Shown here: positions 20,511-29,708 of the stretch, one piece after another | Layout of the letters: each line of letters begins with the position of its first letter | Position numbering within the stretch: the stretch's first letter is position 1 | The notes under the pieces: generated by a model | The model's input: only the letters and a program-made list of their open reading frames with translations | Databases searched by the model: none | Told to the model about the DNA's origin: nothing | Program-made: the position numbers and the translations under genes | Assembly (NCBI GenBank): GCA_965215265.1 | Contig: OZ244048.1 | Location: forward strand, 3,232,001-3,296,000 | Origin: Candidatus Poribacteria bacterium | GTDB taxonomy: Bacteria; Poribacteria; WGA-4E; WGA-3G | Direction of reading: 5' to 3' | Length of the DNA: 64,000 nt

Positions 20511-21269
20511 GTGGCATCTATTAATGACATTGCGAACGCGTTTCTGCGTGAGGAAATTGAAGAGTTTCTTGAACGTCCGGAAGAGATAGCTGTTTTTATT
20601 GAGATGTTCGCGCAAGCGGCACCGGCAATGCAGGATATCGCGGCAGCGCTAATTGATGGCGACCATCACACTGTCGATGATTTGACAGCGGGAGCACTTG
20701 CAGGAGGCACTGAGGCGCTAGAGGTTATGGATGATGGACTGATTGCAGGGATGGGCATCGTCGGCATAAAATTCCGTGAAAACTTCATTTTTGTCCCGGA
20801 GGTTTTAGCATGCGCGCGTGCGATGAAAGCCGGAATGGCACATATTGAACCGATACTCTCTGATTCTGGTATTGAACCGATCGGCACTGTGATTATGGGT
20901 ACTGTCAAAGGTGATTTGCACGATATCGGCAAAAATTTATGTATTATGATGCTGCGCGGTGCTGGATTTGTTGTCCATGATTTAGGCGTAGATACCTCTG
21001 AGGATGAATTCATTGAGGCAGTGGAGACGTACGAAGCTCCCATCTTGGGCATGTCCGCGCTGTTAACGACGACCATGCCGAATATGGGGAAAACGATTGA
21101 GGCATTTATTGATGAGGACCTGCGCGAGGATGTAAGGATTATGGTAGGCGGTGCACCCGTAACTCAGGGGTTTGCAGATGATATGGGTGCCGACGGTTAC
21201 GGAAAAGACGCACTCGCATGTGTGGCTTTAGCAAAGCAGTTCATGACGCAGGAAGGCAACGAGTTTTAA
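20511..21269 (+). CDS. Corrinoid (cobalamin-binding) methyltransferase protein
   Basis: Cap domain 'GMGIVG..F....FVPEVL' and B12 motif 'GDLHDIGKN...SALLTTT...GGAP'. Confidence 0.93.
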   Translation: MASINDIANAFLREEIEEFLERPEEIAVFIEMFAQAAPAMQDIAAALIDGDHHTVDDLTAGALAGGTEALEVMDDGLIAGMGIVGIKFRENFIFVPEVLACARAMKAGMAHIEPILSDSGIEPIGTVIMGTVKGDLHDIGKNLCIMMLRGAGFVVHDLGVDTSEDEFIEAVETYEAPILGMSALLTTTMPNMGKTIEAFIDEDLREDVRIMVGGAPVTQGFADDMGADGYGKDALACVALAKQFMTQEGNEF

Positions 21270-21296
21270 TCCAAGTACCGAAAGCAGAATTGGAAA

Positions 21297-23228
21297 ATGG
21301 AAAAAATAGACAAAACCGAGTATCAAAAACGACTGGATAAAATCACGCAGATTTTCGAGGGACTTGTCGTCCATGCTGACGAACAGGCAACGTATCGATG
21401 TCCCTACAAAAATAGAGAAGACCGGTGTACTGCTAAGTTCGGGTGCCGTAACCAACGGAAGGTTGGTGGAGAAAATAGGTCAGATTCATTACTGCTATGC
21501 GTAGGTGACGATAAGTTAGATTATCGTAGTGCTTGGGAAACAGAGCCGGAAAAGGGAGTGAGCTCTGGCGGCGGCACGATTAGTTCGGAGGGCAGCAATT
21601 TGCGAGCCGGGCTTCCGATTAGAGTAGGAAAAACGGTGTTTGACTATGCAGACGACTTAGCAGTTCAAGTGCCTACCTCCTGTTTCCGGACTGGGCAGTG
21701 CCACGAGTGTATTGTTGAGATAAAGCGAGGGATGGAATGTTTAACGCCCCGGAACGAAGCGGAGGCTTTTCTGGGTGAAAATTACCGGCTCGCGTGTCAA
21801 GCAGTGGTGCGGGATGCGGAAAGCGATATAGTTTTTGAGCCGCTGTGTCGCAAACCGAGGATTTTAGTAGAAGCGCCTTTGGAGCCTAACATAGAACTGC
21901 AGCCCTGCGTCACACATCGCGACGGTATTGTCTATTATGATGCTGAGCCGATAGATAGGTACCGTGGTCATCTCTACGGGCTCGCGCTTGACATCGGCAC
22001 AACGACGGTTGTTGCCAACCTCGTGGATTTGGAGAGGGGTGAGACGGTCTGTGTGAGTTCATTTGAGAATCCGCAGCGTTTCGGTGGGAGTGATATTATG
22101 CACCGCATCTCCTACGATGGTAAATTTCCGGGTGAGCTGCGGCGTTCGCTGGTTGCGGCGCTCAACAGTGAAATTATGGCGATGTGTGCACGGCACAACT
22201 TTGTCCGGCAGGAAATTTACGAGATTGTTGTGGTTGGCAACAGTACTATGCGGGATATTTTCTTCAAACAAGATGTCCAAAGCATTGGTCAAAAGCCTTA
22301 CAAGTCTATGATTGAGCATGCGTATCGTGATGGTGGGCGTTCAACGACCGGTCTCACGGAAAAAACGAGACGTTTAGGGATAAGGGCCAACCCAAAAGCG
22401 ATGGTTTATAGCCTGCCTTTAATTGCGAGCCACGTCGGTGCAGATGTTGCCGCGGACCTGGTTGCAATTGATATCTCTTCGCGGAACGGGACGGTGATGC
22501 TTGTTGATGTCGGTACAAACACTGAAGTCGTTATCGGAAATTCAGAGCGGATGGTTTGCGCTTCATGTCCTGCCGGGCCTGCTTTTGAAGGGCGCGGGAT
22601 TAAATACGGGATGCCTGCTTACCCTGGTGCTATTGAGTCGATCAGATGGCATGATGGGCAGGTTGAGTATCAGACGATTCAGGATGAGGAATCGCAAGAC
22701 GCAATGGTTCCGGCTGGGCTCTGCGGTTCTGGTCTGATTTCGCTGCTCGCGGAACTTCGTCGGCATCAGCAGATGAGCGCGAAAGGGGTTTTCGCTGATA
22801 GGAAGCAGAAAGAATTGGCACTTCTCCCGCAATACGGTATTACCTTCTCACGAGAAGATGCGAGCAATCTGGCACAAGCGAAAGCGGCGAACTACTGTGG
22901 GCAATATATTCTGCTCCGGTACTTCGGCTGTACTCCGCAAGACATCACAAAACTCTTTTTGGCAGGCGGATTTGCCAACTATGTGAACCTTCAAGATGCG
23001 ATTGAGATAGGGTTCTTAGCGCCTGTGCCGGAGGAACGGATTGTCAAGATAGGGAACGCCGCAGTCAGTGGTGCCAAAATCGTGTTGCTTTCGAAAAAGA
23101 GACGGGCTGATGTTGAGGCCTTTGTTAAAAACATTGAACACGTCGAGTTGGAAACAACCCCGGATTTTTTTGAAGTCTTCGTTGAGGGCTGTCAATTTAA
23201 ACCGATGCCGAGAGGGCTGTCAATTTAA
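21297..23228 (+). CDS. ASKHA-domain reductive activator of corrinoid proteins (RACo/RamA-like, DUF4445) with a 2Fe-2S ferredoxin domain and an extra Cys-containing N-terminal domain
   Basis: 'SC.RTGQCHEC...RLACQ' (2Fe-2S), 'ALDIGTTT', 'NPQRFGGSD', 'DVGTNTE', 'AGPAFEG', 'GLCGSG', 'LAGGF'. Confidence 0.9.
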   Translation: MEKIDKTEYQKRLDKITQIFEGLVVHADEQATYRCPYKNREDRCTAKFGCRNQRKVGGENRSDSLLLCVGDDKLDYRSAWETEPEKGVSSGGGTISSEGSNLRAGLPIRVGKTVFDYADDLAVQVPTSCFRTGQCHECIVEIKRGMECLTPRNEAEAFLGENYRLACQAVVRDAESDIVFEPLCRKPRILVEAPLEPNIELQPCVTHRDGIVYYDAEPIDRYRGHLYGLALDIGTTTVVANLVDLERGETVCVSSFENPQRFGGSDIMHRISYDGKFPGELRRSLVAALNSEIMAMCARHNFVRQEIYEIVVVGNSTMRDIFFKQDVQSIGQKPYKSMIEHAYRDGGRSTTGLTEKTRRLGIRANPKAMVYSLPLIASHVGADVAADLVAIDISSRNGTVMLVDVGTNTEVVIGNSERMVCASCPAGPAFEGRGIKYGMPAYPGAIESIRWHDGQVEYQTIQDEESQDAMVPAGLCGSGLISLLAELRRHQQMSAKGVFADRKQKELALLPQYGITFSREDASNLAQAKAANYCGQYILLRYFGCTPQDITKLFLAGGFANYVNLQDAIEIGFLAPVPEERIVKIGNAAVSGAKIVLLSKKRRADVEAFVKNIEHVELETTPDFFEVFVEGCQFKPMPRGLSI

Positions 23229-23237
23229 ACCGATGCC
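23184..23237 (+). repeat. 26-bp direct repeat (28-bp period) at the 3' end of the RACo gene
   Basis: gagggctgtcaatttaaaccgatgcc at 23184-23209 and 23212-23237. Confidence 0.95.
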
Positions 23238-23261
23238 AGCGTGCGGAGAACACGAATCACT

Positions 23262-24305
23262 GTGAAGACTTTTCGAGAACGTTTAAAATCGCATAAACCG
23301 ATACTTTACGACGGTGGGTTTGGCACGCAATTATTCGTTAGAGAGATAGAATTGGCGAATAGTGCACTTGCCAACGAATTGCATCCGGCTGCAGTGATAG
23401 ACATTCATTCAGATTATATTCGGGCGGGGGCAGAAGTTATTGGAACGAACACCTTTGTCGCCTCTCCTTTGCATTTACAGATGGCTGGACAGGATAAGTC
23501 TGGCGCGCAACGGCTTACGCAGCTCGCTGTGGAACACGCGAAGAGAGCGGTCGCTCTGAACGACAAGCACATCTACATCGCCGGGTCTGTGGGTCCATCG
23601 CCCGGTGCAATTGAGGCGGACAGCGGCGATACAACTTTCGGCATCGCAAATGCAGAAGTTCGAGAGGCGCACCAATTAGTTATCCACACGCTCGCAGAGG
23701 CAGGGGTAGATTTTTTCTGCATTGAGACGATGTTTTCCGCTAAAGAAGCCGCTATCGCCGTTGATGTGGCACGGGAAACAGGACTGCCGATTGCCTTGAA
23801 CCTTACCTACAAGTGGACACAGAACCGTCGGACCGGTGATGTTATCTATAGAACGGATTGGGGGCATTCTCCTGCAGATGTGCTTCAAATCCTTGATAGC
23901 GGTGAATTTTCGAAAGGTGACTCACTCTTAGAATCGGTTGACATTATCGGCATTAACTGCGGTGCTGAAACCCGGCACCCTGAACACACAGGGATGCCGT
24001 ATGCAATTATAGGTATCCAGCAATTACGTGAAGCGTTTTCTGAAAAAGGGCTTGACGTTAAACGAACGATGGCCTATCCGAACGCTGGCATGCCGCAGCT
24101 AGATAAAAGTATGAAAACGTTCTACACGCAAACGCCAGCCGAGATGGCGAGCTATATCCCTAAATTGATTGAAGTGGGTGCACATCTTATCGGAGGGTGT
24201 TGTGGTACGACACCTGCGCATATCAATGTTTTCCGAGAAGTAATAGATTCAGAGCAATCTGTCCCTGAAAGCGATGAAAATGGAAACGTTAACACTTGTC
24301 TATAA
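23262..24305 (+). CDS. Homocysteine S-methyltransferase family protein (MetH N-terminal/BHMT-like domain)
   Basis: 'YDGGFGT', 'TNTF', 'ETM', Zn ligands 'GINC' and 'IGGCCGT', 'YPNAG'; GTG 23262 preferred as start. Confidence 0.9.
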   Translation: MKTFRERLKSHKPILYDGGFGTQLFVREIELANSALANELHPAAVIDIHSDYIRAGAEVIGTNTFVASPLHLQMAGQDKSGAQRLTQLAVEHAKRAVALNDKHIYIAGSVGPSPGAIEADSGDTTFGIANAEVREAHQLVIHTLAEAGVDFFCIETMFSAKEAAIAVDVARETGLPIALNLTYKWTQNRRTGDVIYRTDWGHSPADVLQILDSGEFSKGDSLLESVDIIGINCGAETRHPEHTGMPYAIIGIQQLREAFSEKGLDVKRTMAYPNAGMPQLDKSMKTFYTQTPAEMASYIPKLIEVGAHLIGGCCGTTPAHINVFREVIDSEQSVPESDENGNVNTCL

Positions 24306-24768
24306 AAGACTTCCAGATCGAGTTGCCTATTTCCAACAGCAGTTGCTTTATGAAGATGAAAACGTCATTATCACGACGCAACGCGTTAAACCGTCCGCGC
24401 CTATTGTTTATAACGGCCAAACAGTATTAGGTGATAACTTCACAGCGATCTGGTTTGTGTTCCCGGAGCTTTGGTATGATATAGGCAAAATTTACAATCT
24501 GAATAACGAGTGGACAGGCTACTATTGCGATATTATCCTCCCTATGAAACGGACTGAAACGTTATTTGAAATTGTAGATCTGTTTCTCGATCTCTGGGTA
24601 TTTCCGGATGGTAGGTATGAAATTCAAGATGAGGACGAATTTGAAGCGGCACTTCAGACAGGCGCGATTGATGCCGAATTGGCACGAAAAGCGCGCGATG
24701 CACTGAATGCGCTAATTGCTGACGTTGCATCCGGAAAATTTCCACCAAAAATTGTGGAAGAATATTGA
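24274..24768 (+). CDS. DUF402 family protein (FomD/Ntdp-like nucleotide phosphatase)
   Basis: 'GYYCDI..P', 'DLFLDLWVFPDG...DEDEF'. Confidence 0.85.
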   Translation: MKMETLTLVYKRLPDRVAYFQQQLLYEDENVIITTQRVKPSAPIVYNGQTVLGDNFTAIWFVFPELWYDIGKIYNLNNEWTGYYCDIILPMKRTETLFEIVDLFLDLWVFPDGRYEIQDEDEFEAALQTGAIDAELARKARDALNALIADVASGKFPPKIVEEY

Positions 24769-24963
24769 TACCTTTTTGTTGTAATTAAACGGATAATAAA
24801 GATAGCAGAATTAAAGAACGGAGTAGTCCACAGAAATGCTGAACTGTGTAGCGCGCAGCTTGAAGCGATGACTTACAAACAGTCTCCTCACTATCCGCGG
24901 TGAGAATTAGAAATGCTGGTATAACTGACTCTTACCCGCAAATTATACAAAGGTGCCAAACGC

Positions 24964-26184
24964 ATGCCAACACTCGCAATAAACGGCGGAGAACCTATCC
25001 GCACTAAACCGTTTCCAGCCTGGCCGACGCTGGATGCGACGGATATTGAAGCCTTTCAGGATATCTACGACAGCCGACACTGGGGTGTTAGCGGTACGAA
25101 GGTGCCTGAATTTGAGAAAAAGTTCGCTGAGTTCCAAGGTGCTAACTACGGTGTTTGTGTCAATAGCGGTACCTCGGCACTCTATGTCTCCTTGAAGGCG
25201 GCAGGTGTCGGTCCGGGCGACGAGGTTATTACTACTGCTTATACCTTCCAAGCCACGGTTGTCGCAATTCTGATGACGCATGCGGTGCCTGTGTTTGTGG
25301 ATACTGCCCCGGATAATTTTCTGTTAGATGCATCGAAGGTTGAATCAGCGATAACAGGAAAGACCAAAGTTATCTTGCCTGTGCACATCGCAGGTTATCC
25401 TGCTGATATGGATGCGCTGGTTGAGATTGCCCGGAGACATCGTCTCAAATTGATTGAGGATTGCGCGCAGGCGCATGGTGCGGAGTGGCGCGGCCGCGGT
25501 GTAGGCAGCTGGGGGGATTTCGGGTGCTTTAGTTTTCAGTCCTCGAAAAACTTGTGCGCTGGCGAAGGTGGGATTATTCTCACCACCGATCGGGAGCTCT
25601 ATGAACGTGCTTGGGCATTTCATAACTGCGGGCGGACACCTCCGGATGCTGAATATGGAATGGTTGAGCCGTTCGGCGGGAACTTTCGGATGACAGAATG
25701 GCAGGCTGGACTTCTGCTATCCCGTTTGACGCGGCTTGAATCGGAAACGAACCACCGGCACATGAATATGCGCTGGTTAGATGGTTGGTTTGGCGAAATC
25801 CCTGGTATCAAAGTCACGCCGCTGGATCCACGTGCCACCCGCGGGGGGTGCCACGGTTACAAAGCGATTTTTGACGCTGAGGAATTCGGGGGCATCTCCC
25901 GGAAAATCTTCCTAAACGCAATGCGTGCGGAAGGCATCCCGATGGGATATTGGTACGCGACACCCATGTACCGCGCGGACTTCTTAGCATCCAATCTCTT
26001 TGGACAAGAACAAGACCTTTCCGAGGCACACTGTCCTGAGACGGAGAAACTGTGTCAAACAGGGCTTGCCTTGGGGCAGAATGTTTTAATGGGGAGCGAA
26101 GTAGATATGGAAGATATCATTGAGGCGGCAATGAAAGTGCGTAGGAACGTAGCAGAGCTCAAAGAAGCTAGTGCTGATGCTTAA
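24964..26184 (+). CDS. DegT/DnrJ/EryC1/StrS PLP-dependent aminotransferase
   Basis: 'NSGTSAL', 'EDCAQAHGA', 'FSFQSSKNLCAGEGG', 'NFRMTEWQA'. Confidence 0.93.
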   Translation: MPTLAINGGEPIRTKPFPAWPTLDATDIEAFQDIYDSRHWGVSGTKVPEFEKKFAEFQGANYGVCVNSGTSALYVSLKAAGVGPGDEVITTAYTFQATVVAILMTHAVPVFVDTAPDNFLLDASKVESAITGKTKVILPVHIAGYPADMDALVEIARRHRLKLIEDCAQAHGAEWRGRGVGSWGDFGCFSFQSSKNLCAGEGGIILTTDRELYERAWAFHNCGRTPPDAEYGMVEPFGGNFRMTEWQAGLLLSRLTRLESETNHRHMNMRWLDGWFGEIPGIKVTPLDPRATRGGCHGYKAIFDAEEFGGISRKIFLNAMRAEGIPMGYWYATPMYRADFLASNLFGQEQDLSEAHCPETEKLCQTGLALGQNVLMGSEVDMEDIIEAAMKVRRNVAELKEASADA

Positions 26185-26299
26185 AGCACGCATTCTCAAC
26201 GTTGAGGATACGCGATTTCTTCTGCGAAGGTTTGATGTTAATAAAGGCACGGTAGGAGCAATCTCCAGATATTGATGCTACGCGGAAGTGCATCTGCCG

Positions 26300-29005
26300 T
26301 TACCCAATTGATGCCATCTCCAATAGTCCTTTCATAGATGTCTGTAGCATTCGCTTCAGTAATTGGTGCTCAGGTGCCTTCAATTTCGCATCTGTTTTGA
26401 CGACTCGTGCTGCTTCCTTTTTCGCTTCTTCCAAAAGAGATATATCGCTGAGAATGTTAGCGATTTTAAAATTTGGGATTCCGGATTGCCGCGTGCCGAA
26501 GAATTCGCCGGGCCCGCGGATGCTGAGATCTTCTTCAGCCAATTCAAACCCGTTGTTTGAGCGGACCATCACCTGTACTCGGCGGTATGCATCATCCGTT
26601 TTCGGTGTAGCGATGAGGTAGCACGCGGATTTGTCGTGTCCTCTACCGACGCGCCCACGCAATTGATGCAGCTGCGCCAAGCCGAACCGTTCCGCGTTTT
26701 CAATTACCATCAACGTTGCATTAGGGATGTCGATGCCGACCTCAATGACGGTCGTCGCAACGAGGATATCAATCTGATGTGCGTTGAACTTAGACATGGT
26801 CTCCTGTTTTTCCGTAGACTTCATTTGGCCGTGCAGCAGCCCCACCCGCAGCTGTGGAAAGACCTCGTGTTGGAAGTGTTCCGCCATGCTTGTCGCCGCT
26901 TTCAACTCTTCAAGTTTCTCGGATTCTTCAACGAGCGGATAAACAATGTAAGCCTGTTTGCCTTTTCGGACTTCCTGTTCGAGCATGCGGTATAACCGTT
27001 CCCGATCTTTTTCTTTCATCCAGAAAGTTGCAATTTTCTGCCTGCCGGGTGGTAATTCATCAATGACGGAGACGTTTAGGTCTCCGTAAATGGTGAGTGA
27101 GAGGGTTCGCGGAATCGGAGTCGCTGTCATCACGAGTACATCTGGTGCTTGTCCTTTGTGCCGTAACGTTGCACGTTGCATCACACCGAACCGGTGTTGC
27201 TCGTCAATTATAGCGAGGCCTAGTTTATGAAATTCCACTCCTTCTTGTATTAACGCCTGCGTTCCAACGATGAGGTGCGCGGTGCCGTCTTTAATGGCTG
27301 CGAGAGCTGCTTGCCTTTCAGATTTCCGTAAATCGCTCTTGAGAAGAATGACGTTTAAGCCGAGAGGGGCAAAAAGCCCCGAGAGATTATGATGATGTTG
27401 CTCGGCGAGGATTTCAGTCGGTACCATCAACGCGCCTTGGTAGCCATTCTGAATTGCGCAGAGCAGTGCCATCGCGGCTACGACGGTTTTTCCTGAGCCG
27501 ACATCGCCTTGGATGAGGCGGTTCATGACTTTTTTGCTTCCCATATCCGCCTGAATTTCGTCGAAGACCTGTTTTTGCGCGCGAGTGAGTTCAAAGGGGA
27601 GGCTCTGAATGAATTTCTGTAGGAGTGAGTTTTGGCGATTCGCTTTAGAATCCACCCTAGCTCCGTGCTTATCGTTCTCAATCCGGAATTCAATGCCTTT
27701 TTGGGAAGTGCTGCGATCTTTCCTGAGCTCCATGCCGAGGCTGAGCAGGAAAAATTCATCGAACGCCAGGCGTCGCTGTGCGGCGAGTCGATGTGCTTCG
27801 GAGTCCGGAAAGTGAATGTGGTTAATCGCTGTTTGCCGATCAATCAACTGTTGATGCTGGCGGATTCGCGATGGTAAAAATTCGGGGATCTGCGTTCCGT
27901 ACTCATCAAGGGCGGTGCGAGTCCACGTGCGTAGCATTTTCGCTGTAATCTTCGCGGTAAGCGGATATTTAGGCACGATACGTTTTGTATGAATTAAAGT
28001 GTCGTTTTCTGCATCAAACACCTCAAATTCATAATCGGTTGCCTGAATTTCGTTGTAACGGCGTGAGAATTTGCCGCTCACGACGACTTCGGTGCCTATG
28101 GGTAAAATTGATTTGATATACCCTATACGTCGTCCGAAATTCACTAATACTGCAACCCCCGTCTCGTCGTAAATAGAGACTTTGCCGACGCGCGGGCGCC
28201 CTTTCGCGGTGCGTTTGTTGGCAGTATGATTCACCACCTTGCCTTGAATTGTCTCAGGTTCCCCATCGTCTGTTCTCCCGACGTTGTATATGTCCACTGT
28301 TTTGGATCTGTCGATGTAGTCGCGAGGGTAGTGCTCTAAGAGCTCGCCGACCGTCCGGATGTTCAGTTCCGCTGCTAACAGTGCTGCGCGGCGTGGTCCG
28401 ATGCCTTTAAGATATTGGAGCGATTTTGATAAGAAGGATAGGGATTCCACATCGGTTGAAACGGGTGTCTCTGAAATGTGAGCCGGTGCCTCGGAGACAG
28501 GACGCGTTGAAGAGACGGGAGCCGGGGAGGGGTGTGCCACAGAACCTGCTATCTCTTTCAGCAGCGGCAAATTGGCTGTTATTGTCGCGTGCTGCTGGCT
28601 GTTCGTGGTATAAGTCGTGCTTTCTTCTGCTAAAACAGGCGTTGACTGTTGCTTCTGTGTCGTCTGGAACAGGGGCAAATTTTTGTTTGATCTAGATTTG
28701 GGCGGACTGGAGGCAACGGATTTTCCTTTTCCTGCTCCCAATGCGTTTCCGATCTGCTGTATAGCGGCTTCAATGGTGTGCTGCCGTTCGGTAGGAGATG
28801 CGTGTTCGTAGTTTTCAAAAAGTGCTGAGAGTGCGTTCAAAACGGCTTTCTCATCTGGCTTGAGCGAGAAGGCCTCGCCATTTTTCACCCAGAGTCGGAC
28901 GTACGCGCCCAAGCCGTTAACAACAACACTGTCGTTACATCCCTTCTGAATTTCTTGCTGAAATGGACGGCGGATGGTGGTGAGAATTGTTTTGAAATTG
29001 TCCAT
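26300..29005 (-). CDS. recG: ATP-dependent DNA helicase RecG with an N-terminal extension
   Basis: 'QGDVGSGKT', 'IIDEQHRFG', 'MTATPIPRTL', 'AERFGLAQLHQLRGRVGRG', 'RGPGEFFGTRQSG'; start at ATG 29005. Confidence 0.96.
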   Translation of the reverse strand: MDNFKTILTTIRRPFQQEIQKGCNDSVVVNGLGAYVRLWVKNGEAFSLKPDEKAVLNALSALFENYEHASPTERQHTIEAAIQQIGNALGAGKGKSVASSPPKSRSNKNLPLFQTTQKQQSTPVLAEESTTYTTNSQQHATITANLPLLKEIAGSVAHPSPAPVSSTRPVSEAPAHISETPVSTDVESLSFLSKSLQYLKGIGPRRAALLAAELNIRTVGELLEHYPRDYIDRSKTVDIYNVGRTDDGEPETIQGKVVNHTANKRTAKGRPRVGKVSIYDETGVAVLVNFGRRIGYIKSILPIGTEVVVSGKFSRRYNEIQATDYEFEVFDAENDTLIHTKRIVPKYPLTAKITAKMLRTWTRTALDEYGTQIPEFLPSRIRQHQQLIDRQTAINHIHFPDSEAHRLAAQRRLAFDEFFLLSLGMELRKDRSTSQKGIEFRIENDKHGARVDSKANRQNSLLQKFIQSLPFELTRAQKQVFDEIQADMGSKKVMNRLIQGDVGSGKTVVAAMALLCAIQNGYQGALMVPTEILAEQHHHNLSGLFAPLGLNVILLKSDLRKSERQAALAAIKDGTAHLIVGTQALIQEGVEFHKLGLAIIDEQHRFGVMQRATLRHKGQAPDVLVMTATPIPRTLSLTIYGDLNVSVIDELPPGRQKIATFWMKEKDRERLYRMLEQEVRKGKQAYIVYPLVEESEKLEELKAATSMAEHFQHEVFPQLRVGLLHGQMKSTEKQETMSKFNAHQIDILVATTVIEVGIDIPNATLMVIENAERFGLAQLHQLRGRVGRGHDKSACYLIATPKTDDAYRRVQVMVRSNNGFELAEEDLSIRGPGEFFGTRQSGIPNFKIANILSDISLLEEAKKEAARVVKTDAKLKAPEHQLLKRMLQTSMKGLLEMASIG

Positions 29006-29708
29006 ATTTTTTTGAAAACGGTATCTATATCGTTTTGAATTGTGTAATAATTGTCGCCGGTTTTGGGGTGCCCCGCGAACCGTGCTGGCATTGAAAAAGA
29101 AAGTTAAGGAGTCCGGCTCTGTAATAGTATAACAAATTATTACCGTGATTGGCAAGTGAAATAGGTACCTCACTTACTCCAATTTTTGCAGCAGCCTTAC
29201 CGTTCTTCTCTTACCCATCCTACCTATCCTGATTTGGCACGTTACCTCACACGGTTGTTTCAAGGGCTATTTTTGTTGCATTGCTGCACACCTTATCCAC
29301 ACGAGGAACATACACTAAATGTTATTTATTTTTTTACTTGATTTTCATGCAGTAGGTGTGATAATATGAGTCATATCTCCTGCGAATTGAGAGGTGCGCC
29401 TAAGGTGTCTCTAGTACCCATTGACGCAGTACTGCTGTAGAAGACGTTTGCTCCACATCAAAATGCTCGGCGAATGATAATTGTGGAGGTGACGTAGTCG
29501 GCAGTTGTAGAGAGAATTGCTCTTGCGAGAGTTGTTGTGACTCTTTCTGTTCACAAGGTTCATCTGCTTCCAACAGATGTGAGGAAGGTTGTAACGAATC
29601 AGATATTGGCCGAAGTAGTTAGGGAGTGCCTGATAGAACTTCCTAAAAATTCTATAACGCACAATTTGCGATCTTTTGCCGCTCACTGTGAAAAAAAACG
29701 GGAGGTAT

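Noticed and set aside
29006-29173. Longer recG start given by the ORF track
   Set aside because: The extension runs through AT-rich promoter-like sequence; ATG 29005 is more plausible.
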